Positions 27,477 through 35,274 of a DNA stretch of 64,000 nt are shown here, in pieces; position 1 is the first letter of the stretch; every line of letters starts with the position of its first letter. Source of the DNA: an uncultured Clostridia bacterium (GTDB lineage: Bacteria > Bacillota > Clostridia > Christensenellales > DTU072); the NCBI GenBank assembly GCA_944372095.1, contig CALVYG010000003.1, forward strand, positions 21,347-85,346, written 5' to 3'. The notes below the pieces were generated by a model. That model worked only from the letters and a program-made list of their open reading frames with translations. It made no database searches and had not been told where the DNA came from. The position numbers and the translations under genes are program-made.

Positions 27477-28127
27477 TTATTGTTTATTCATTTTGTTCAA
27501 ACGGTCTATAGTATCCTGCAAATCCTTATCGTAAAATTCTTTTGAACTTCCCGCTGAGTTTGAGATGCCGGAACTACCGTATTTTGCGTTAATTAACCCA
27601 TCGACAAGCGGGTCCGATTCAAAATTGTCGAAAGTTTCCGAAGAAAATTCGGGCATCATCGCGTCAATTTGCATCTGCCACTCTTCAATATACTGTTGTT
27701 GCATCTCCATATCGGCGTTCATTTTCATAACATTGTTCTCGAATTCGCGCTGAGCGGACGGGTCGTACAGGAATTTCCCAGCACCGTTAATTATAGTGCT
27801 CATCGACTTATTAATCTCTTTGCAGGACGCACTCATTTCCCCCATCGCCATAACGATATCGATCTGCCCCAACACGCGCTCAAGCATCTTTTTTCTTCTC
27901 AGCGCAACTTTGACAACCGATGCGTATTGCTTATACATCATACCGTTTGAGGCACGCTTTGCTTCCGCAGCTTTATCAACGCACTCTTCGAGTTTTTTTT
28001 CAGCTTTGCCGAGTTCTGCCACAACTTTTGCGCGTTCGGTTTTAGCCGCAGTCCTGTCACGGATTTCGGCTTGGGCCTTAGCTTGCTCTTCTTCTGCACG
28101 CTTTTTCTTACTCTTAACCCAAATCAT
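27477..28127 (-). CDS. Snf7/ESCRT-III-like coiled-coil protein, 216 aa (CHMP1-like pattern), with MIM1-like tail
   Basis: AAGGAGA SD. Core: KKLEECVDKAAEAKRASNGMMYKQYASVVKVALRRKKMLERVLGQIDIVMAMGEMSASCKEINKSMSTII...REFENNVMKMNADMEMQQQYIEE. Tail: DKDLQDTIDRLNKMNKQ. Confidence 0.7.
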   Translation of the reverse strand: MIWVKSKKKRAEEEQAKAQAEIRDRTAAKTERAKVVAELGKAEKKLEECVDKAAEAKRASNGMMYKQYASVVKVALRRKKMLERVLGQIDIVMAMGEMSASCKEINKSMSTIINGAGKFLYDPSAQREFENNVMKMNADMEMQQQYIEEWQMQIDAMMPEFSSETFDNFESDPLVDGLINAKYGSSGISNSAGSSKEFYDKDLQDTIDRLNKMNKQ

Positions 28128-28172
28128 ATTGTCTCCTTGTTTGATTCTCCGTTTAGTCTTTGCATAACCTGA

Positions 28173-29075
28173 CTAATTGTCGTTCCTTATCGCCTGTTTG
28201 AAAGAAGAACGGGATTCCTCTTTTTCTTCGACTTCGAAATTTCTGAACGCCTTATTTAGTTCATTGTCTTTTTCCGCATTTATAGCATTCTTGAACGAAG
28301 ACTGTGTCTCCGAACGATTCCTGGAATCGGACGCAGAATATATATTCTTTTCATTATCATCAATAAGCTCCGTTTTTTCGATAAATGTAGCTTTTTTGAT
28401 ATTGAGTTCTTCCACACGCTTAGCAAAAACCTCCGGACTTGTTACCATTGAGCCATCTATTCTTTCCAAAGCATCCATCTGCCCGTCCAAAGAAATTGCC
28501 GCAAGGTTAGCGTTGTACGCTTTTACGGAAAGTAAAACGATTTCTTTTAAATTTTTAACTTGTTTGTCATATTTGTTATATTGCGTTTCGATTCTTACAA
28601 ATTCTGCACTACCTTCGGCCAAATCTTTACCTTTGAGCATTAACTCTCGCATTAAAGCTTCGAGTTCGGCTTGTTTGTTGAGATTGTCATCGATTTCTCC
28701 GACAAGAGTGGCTTGCTTGCGCTTTATTTGAATCTGCTCGTCCGTGTACAGCTCGGAGCCATGCTTGCGCGAATCATAGACAGCCTCCTTTAGCATCTCG
28801 GCACATTGGGCAAACTCTGCATCTTTCCCCGCCCTACAAAGATTGCTCATATCTCCAATAAGTTCGGAAATGCGCTTATCAATAGCTGCTTGCTTTTTGG
28901 GATTGGCATTTTTGGGACAATTCACTTTGTCCAAAAGACGAAGTATGACATTAAGATACTTTATCGTCCCATAGTTATGTTTTTCGTGCATTTCTGCAAT
29001 AAAATCGTTAACGCTTGCTTTGAATTCTATCGTATTTTTTTTGAATTTTTTTTCATAACCGAAAAGTGGTAACAT
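28173..29075 (-). CDS. Coiled-coil protein (300 aa), possibly a fourth, divergent PspA/ESCRT-III-like subunit or adaptor
   Basis: AGGAGAAA SD. Long heptad-like central region (aa ~100-230). The C-terminal tail carries a duplicated motif, SSFKNAINAEKDN / SSFKQAIRNDN. Confidence 0.6.
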   Translation of the reverse strand: MLPLFGYEKKFKKNTIEFKASVNDFIAEMHEKHNYGTIKYLNVILRLLDKVNCPKNANPKKQAAIDKRISELIGDMSNLCRAGKDAEFAQCAEMLKEAVYDSRKHGSELYTDEQIQIKRKQATLVGEIDDNLNKQAELEALMRELMLKGKDLAEGSAEFVRIETQYNKYDKQVKNLKEIVLLSVKAYNANLAAISLDGQMDALERIDGSMVTSPEVFAKRVEELNIKKATFIEKTELIDDNEKNIYSASDSRNRSETQSSFKNAINAEKDNELNKAFRNFEVEEKEESRSSFKQAIRNDN

Positions 29076-29096
29076 TTTTATTTCTCCTATATTCTA

Positions 29097-30071
29097 TTAT
29101 TTAGAAAGCTTTGCGCCGCATTTGGAGCAAAAATTGGTGCCTTTTTTGTACTTTGTACCGCACTCAGAACAATAAACAACATAATTGTCCGCATTGCCGC
29201 GTCTTTTATCGTCACAATCATTGTCGCGTTCGTCCGTACTGAATGTCTTTCCGTTCGTTTTATAAACAATTTTACTTTCGGAGTTCTGTGCGAGATAAAA
29301 CGGCATCATCGCGTCGACGTTTTTTTTCAAAACATCGGCATCGGAGAAGCGTCCTCTATTTTCGTTGATAGTTATCTCCGTCGACATCTTCGCACTATTC
29401 AAACGCGCACGATTTCTCGTATGCTCCGGAGAGTAGTCGAAACAGTCGATTACAAAATCCATAATGGTCAGTCCGTTAGCAACGAAACGCTTATTGAGGT
29501 CGCTTTTAATTTCTTCGGCGCATGCAAGCATTTTGGTCTGAGCCTCGATCATATCGCAGGAAGCCGCAAGAGCGGCGATCCTTGAAAGTATTACCGCGCT
29601 TGCCTCTGTACGTAAATAATCTCTCACCGACGATTTGGTTATGACGCCGTTGTCGGCATATGGCATGGAACTGACAAAACTGTAATAGTTGTCGATGACA
29701 AACTTATACTTGCCGCGAGCAATAGCGGTACAATCCACGCCGAAATCAGGATCAAAACACTTTACGGCATTAGGCCCGGCAAGTCCCCATTCCGCGTCAA
29801 AGAAAGAATTTTGATCTACTGCGTCTATGGAAATACTTTCGGATGGATAAGGCTTATTTCCGCCTATAATTTTTTTATCATTCTTATTAAACAAACCGTA
29901 AATTGTAGAAACCTTCCCGCCCATAAGCGTCTGAACTCCGCCTTCTGCTTTGACTATAAGGGTAATTCCGACATCGGGTTTAAGCACCGTATTGGGAGAT
30001 GCCCCTACTGCGGACACTTTCCAGCAAACAATTTCATCACGGAATCTTTTTTCAACTTTGATTTCAGTCAC
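29097..30071 (-). CDS. SPFH (Band-7_1 / B. subtilis YdjI-like) domain protein with C-terminal zinc ribbon
   Basis: The track ORF extends to ATG 30104, but GTG 30071-30069 lies 8 nt after GGGAGG (30080-30085). Colinear from memory with YdjI: ARGKYKFVIDNYYSFVSSM, VRDYLRTEASAVILSRIAAL, AEEIKSDLNKRFVANGLTIMDFVIDCFDYSPE. C-terminus: YCSECGTKYKKGTNFCSKCGAKL. Confidence 0.75.
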   Translation of the reverse strand: MTEIKVEKRFRDEIVCWKVSAVGASPNTVLKPDVGITLIVKAEGGVQTLMGGKVSTIYGLFNKNDKKIIGGNKPYPSESISIDAVDQNSFFDAEWGLAGPNAVKCFDPDFGVDCTAIARGKYKFVIDNYYSFVSSMPYADNGVITKSSVRDYLRTEASAVILSRIAALAASCDMIEAQTKMLACAEEIKSDLNKRFVANGLTIMDFVIDCFDYSPEHTRNRARLNSAKMSTEITINENRGRFSDADVLKKNVDAMMPFYLAQNSESKIVYKTNGKTFSTDERDNDCDDKRRGNADNYVVYCSECGTKYKKGTNFCSKCGAKLSK

Positions 30072-30165
30072 AATAAATACCTCCCGAATTGATTGTACAT
30101 GCAAACAAGGGCGGCACTAAAGAAAAAACAAAACCCCCTCATCCGTGTCTTGCAAAACTTTTTTT

Positions 30166-30194
30166 ATTATATCAACACGCGCGTTTTTTGTCAA
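30166..30194 (-). promoter_or_regulatory. Consensus sigma-A-type promoter in front of the 15-gene array
   Basis: Minus strand reads TTGACA (30194-30189), then 17 nt, then TATAAT (30171-30166). It lies about 95 nt upstream of the GTG at 30071. Confidence 0.65.
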
Positions 30195-30626
30195 TAAAAG
30201 TCGACGACGTTTATCAAATTTTATACCATAATGAATAGAAATACTTATAAATTATGATTATGTTGATATTATTGCGTTTAGAACTTCTCGTGCATGCATG
30301 CGCACGAAAAGACTTAGCTTTATACAAACGGTGGGTCTTATAATGGAAATATATCTACAATTCAAAAATTTGAAAAAAGTAAGTATATATAAAAAAATAT
30401 GCAAATTCAAAGACAAACGCTGACGATAGGGTTATAAGTGTTCTCGTTCATATCAACCACTTCTTTGATCTCTTCCGAAATGGAGATGGATTGGTTGATC
30501 TTATCCATACCCAATTCGTCGATCATGGTAAAGATGTGATGCTCCTTTTCCATGCGTATCGCTTCGGCGGTCTCTTTCCGCGATTACAGTTTATTCGAGT
30601 TATCCCCTTGTCTCCACCACAAACAG

Positions 30627-30657
30627 AAAACACCGCAAATTAAGCGGTGTTTTTTTA
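30627..30657 (+). terminator. Orphan intrinsic-terminator-like hairpin
   Basis: aaaACACCGC-aaattaa-GCGGTGTttttttt. The T-tract is on the plus strand, and a weaker TTTTCTGTTT tract is on the minus strand. No convincing gene lies upstream on either strand. Confidence 0.5.
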
Positions 30658-30830
30658 TGACAAAGGGATGAGAACCCCTGATAAAATTCGCAAGTTTACT
30701 CATTGCGCAATTTTGACAATGGTTATTAAATACTGGTTAAATTCGTTTGTCCTAAAATAAGAAATTCGCTCAGACTTTCAATAAAATGTAACTTTTTCCT
30801 CTTCTCTTTATGCTTTTTCTTCTTTTTGCG

Positions 30831-30859
30831 TTGCAAAATCTTCTCTTTTTTTCTATAAT
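30831..30859 (+). promoter_or_regulatory. Sigma-A-type promoter of the Na+ transporter gene
   Basis: TTGCAA (30831-30836), then 17 nt, then TATAAT (30854-30859). It lies inside the 5' extension of track ORF 30810..32246, which argues for the ATG at 30894. Confidence 0.6.
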
Positions 30860-30893
30860 ACCTTTGTATCAGCTTTTTTACAAAGGATTTTTT

Positions 30894-32246
30894 ATGAAAC
30901 ACGTTCGCTCCGCTAAAAATAATTGGTCCGGTAGATTCGGGTTCCTTATGGCTGCCGTCGGCTCCGCCGTCGGTATCGGAAATATCTGGCGCTTCCCTTA
31001 TGTCGCCGGTCAGCAAGGCGGCGCCGTTTTCTTGATTGTTTATGTCGCTATGATTGTTTTTATCGGCTTCTCCGCTATGATTGCAGAATTCGCTATCGGC
31101 AGAAATGCCGCCAGTAACGTTATCGACGCTTTCTCTTCTCAGAAAAAAGCCTGGGGAATTGTCGGTATTTTAAGCTGTATCGTTTCTTTTATTATCGTTT
31201 CTTACTATTCCGTTATCGGCGGTTGGGTCATTCGCTACGCCGTCGGTTATATCGCAGGCGGTAACTTCGTCGCCGACGCAGATTATTCCATCGCTTTCTC
31301 TTCCTTCGTTTCCAACCCCTATTTGCCGATTATTTTTACTTTCGTTTTTATGGCTCTCTGTTTCCTTATTCTTATGTTCGGCGTTCAGAAAGGTATCGAA
31401 AGAGTTAATAAGATTCTTATGCCGATGCTTTTTATTATGTTGGTCTTTGTTATGATTGTTTCTTTGACTATGGACGGCGCAAAACAGGGGGTTGAATTCT
31501 TTATCGTTCCCGATATTAACAGAATCGAAGCTTCCGGCGGTATTGTCGGTATTCTCCTCGCAGCTTTGGGACAGTCTTTTTATTCTCTTTCTATCGGTAT
31601 CGGTATCGGCACTACTTACGGTTCCTATGCCCGTAAAGATGTCAGCCTTACTCAGAACACAGCTATAATTTGCATTTCCGATACGCTTGTTGCAGTTGTG
31701 GCGGGGTTTGCCATTCTTCCCGCAGTTTTTGCCGCAGGTCAGGAACCCACTGCCGGCGCAGGCCTTATTTTCGTCACTTTGCCGGCTGTTTTCGCTTCTC
31801 TTCCTCACGTCCTAGGTATGATTGTCGGCGCTGTTTTCTTCCTTCTCGTTTTCTTTGCCGCTCTCACTTCCGCCATCGCTCTTATCGAAGTCAACGTCGC
31901 AGTCCTCTCGGAAAAACTTAAACTTAACCGAAAACTCGCCGTTGCCATTGTCGTTCTTGCCGCTTTTTTCCTGGCAATTTTCGTTTCTCTTTCTCAGGGC
32001 GCTGTCGAAATGTTCGACCTTCTTAATATCCTTGACGTTTTCTCAAACACCTTTATGCTTCCCTTAATAGGAATACTTACTTGTATCTATGTGGGTTTCG
32101 TCTGGAAAACTCAGAATGCCGTTAAAGAAATTTCTCTTTCCGGTCCGTTCAAATTGGCAAAAATATGGGCTTTCAACATTAAGTTTATTTGCCCCGTCTT
32201 TATCGGCGCTCTCTTTGTTTACGGAATAGTTTCCTTATTTATCTGA
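30894..32246 (+). CDS. Sodium-dependent transporter, neurotransmitter:sodium symporter (SNF/NSS) family
   Basis: MKHVRSAKNNWSGRFGFLMAAVGSAVGIGNIWRFPYVAGQQGGAVFL is the NSS signature. About 11-12 hydrophobic helices. AAAGGA SD 6 nt before ATG 30894. Confidence 0.9.
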   Translation: MKHVRSAKNNWSGRFGFLMAAVGSAVGIGNIWRFPYVAGQQGGAVFLIVYVAMIVFIGFSAMIAEFAIGRNAASNVIDAFSSQKKAWGIVGILSCIVSFIIVSYYSVIGGWVIRYAVGYIAGGNFVADADYSIAFSSFVSNPYLPIIFTFVFMALCFLILMFGVQKGIERVNKILMPMLFIMLVFVMIVSLTMDGAKQGVEFFIVPDINRIEASGGIVGILLAALGQSFYSLSIGIGIGTTYGSYARKDVSLTQNTAIICISDTLVAVVAGFAILPAVFAAGQEPTAGAGLIFVTLPAVFASLPHVLGMIVGAVFFLLVFFAALTSAIALIEVNVAVLSEKLKLNRKLAVAIVVLAAFFLAIFVSLSQGAVEMFDLLNILDVFSNTFMLPLIGILTCIYVGFVWKTQNAVKEISLSGPFKLAKIWAFNIKFICPVFIGALFVYGIVSLFI

Positions 32247-32302
32247 CAATAATTTTATTGCCTTTACAAATATTACCCGTTTACAAATATTTTCCTTTTC
32301 TT

Positions 32303-33541
<1,239 letters not shown>

Positions 33542-33559
33542 TTATGCTTTATCTATATT

Positions 33560-35137
33560 TTAAATTCCGCTTTGCCCGTAGTTTGAAAGTACTCGTGCCG
33601 ACGGGTCGTTTACATTACATCCTTCCCATTCTTTATTCGGCATCCAGAAATCTTTAATCATTTCGCCGTTATCGGGATAGTATTTTTCAAACAGTTCCCT
33701 ATATAAAAGCGATTCTTTTGTAAATGGCGTTGCGTGCGTATATTTCTTTCTCTTTTCTTCAAATTCTTTGTTCGTGTAAAGTTTTTCCGCATGGTCCTTG
33801 ATATGGTTTACCAACGAATGTCCGACCGCATCGCTGAATGCGGCTTTTTCTCTGAATAATATGTTCTCGGGTAAATAATCTCCCTCAAAAGCTTTTCTCA
33901 ATAAATATTTTCCTTTTCCGTACACGTTCATTTTCTTTTCCGGATTTATGCTGAGCACATACGAAACAAAATCCAAATCTCCGAAAGGTACGCGCGCTTC
34001 CATTGAATTTACGCTTATGCATCTGTCTGCACGCAGAACGTCGTACATATAAAGTTCTTTTACCCTTTTTACGGATTCTTTTTGGAATTCTTCTGCGTCA
34101 GGAGCAAAATCAGTGTATTTATACCCGAATAGTTCGTCGCTTATCTCACCGGTAAGTAAAACTCTTATATCGGTTTTTTCCCTTATTGCCTTACATAACA
34201 AGTACATTCCGACGCTGGCTCTAACGGTTGTTATGTCGTATGTTCCCAGCATATACACCACTTCTTCCAACGACCCGATTACGTCTTCTTTTGTTATAAT
34301 AACTTCGGTATGCTCGCTTTTTATGTAATCTGCGACTTCTTTTGCATACTTCAAATCAATTGCATCCTCTTTCATTCCGATTGCAAAAGTCCTTATAGGT
34401 TTTTTTAACAGCTTCGACGCCACCGCACATACAAGCGAACTGTCCAGCCCCCCCGAAAGCAAAAATCCTATCGGAGCATCTGCGTCAAGTCTTTTTTCTA
34501 TTCCTTTTATAAGCTTGTCTTTTATTTTTCCGCATATTTCTTCAAGCGTTCCGTCTTGATACTTTTTTACTTCCGTTATATTGCGGTATTGTATAAACTT
34601 TCCTTCGCTGTAATAGTATCCCGGAGGAAAAGGATATATTTTTTTACATATACCCGTAAGATTCTTTGCTTCGCTTGCAAAGATTATTCCTGCCGGCGTA
34701 TAACCGTAAAATAAAGGCCGTATCCCTATCGGGTCTCTCGCTGCTAAAAAACTCCTTTTTTCGCCGTCGTATATTATAAGAGCATATTCGGCATCGAGCA
34801 TACCGAACATTTCCGTTCCGTATTTCTCATACATCGGCAATAATATTTCCGAATCGCTCTCACTTTCAAACACAACGCCTTCATCTTCGAGTCCTTGTTT
34901 TATCTTTCTGAACCCGTAAACTTCTCCGTTACAGACAATATAATTTTTTCCTCGTCTGAACGGTTGCATTCCTTTCTCGTCAAGCCCCATTATAGACAGT
35001 CTGTGAAATGCCAATATGCCTTCTCCTACATCAATTATTCTTGACATATCAGGTCCGCGGGACACGGTTTTCATAAACCCTTCTTCAAATATCTCCGCAG
35101 GTACTCCGTACCCTTCCATTCCCATTATCGAACACAT
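33560..35137 (-). CDS. asnB: Asparagine synthase (glutamine-hydrolysing)
   Basis: N-terminal MCS... (Cys2 Ntn nucleophile). PP-loop motif FLLSGGLDSSLVCAVA. Length 525 aa. AAAGGAGAG SD. Confidence 0.9.
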   Translation of the reverse strand: MCSIMGMEGYGVPAEIFEEGFMKTVSRGPDMSRIIDVGEGILAFHRLSIMGLDEKGMQPFRRGKNYIVCNGEVYGFRKIKQGLEDEGVVFESESDSEILLPMYEKYGTEMFGMLDAEYALIIYDGEKRSFLAARDPIGIRPLFYGYTPAGIIFASEAKNLTGICKKIYPFPPGYYYSEGKFIQYRNITEVKKYQDGTLEEICGKIKDKLIKGIEKRLDADAPIGFLLSGGLDSSLVCAVASKLLKKPIRTFAIGMKEDAIDLKYAKEVADYIKSEHTEVIITKEDVIGSLEEVVYMLGTYDITTVRASVGMYLLCKAIREKTDIRVLLTGEISDELFGYKYTDFAPDAEEFQKESVKRVKELYMYDVLRADRCISVNSMEARVPFGDLDFVSYVLSINPEKKMNVYGKGKYLLRKAFEGDYLPENILFREKAAFSDAVGHSLVNHIKDHAEKLYTNKEFEEKRKKYTHATPFTKESLLYRELFEKYYPDNGEMIKDFWMPNKEWEGCNVNDPSARVLSNYGQSGI

Positions 35138-35216
35138 TCCGCAATGCTCTCCTTTTTGCGTTTTACTTTCGAAACTCCGTTGTCAAAACCTTTTTGTTTC
35201 TTTCCCCAATCATTTC

Positions 35217-35250
35217 GTCCGCCTGTTTGGTATTGTCAAAACAGGCGGAC
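35217..35250. other. Strong intergenic stem-loop between amt-PII and asnB (possible terminator or processing site)
   Basis: GTCCGCCTGTTT-10 nt-AAACAGGCGGAC (12-bp stem). The T-rich tract (CGTTTTCGTTTT) is on the plus strand only, so its role for the minus-strand operon is unclear. Confidence 0.35.
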
Positions 35251-35274
35251 CGTTTTCGTTTTAATATATTCTTC

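Noticed and set aside
1-30194. The left half as a prophage, ICE or transposon
   Set aside because: I recognised no integrase, transposase, terminase, capsid, tail or relaxase motifs, no flanking tRNA and no direct repeats. The AT-rich scar at 30.1-30.9 kb is the only hint of horizontal acquisition.
30726-31808. Minus-strand ORFs 30726..31016 and 31170..31808, and the 30810 start of the transporter ORF
   Set aside because: They overlap the NSS transporter and its promoter. The TTGCAA-17-TATAAT promoter sits at 30831-30859, so translation must begin at ATG 30894.
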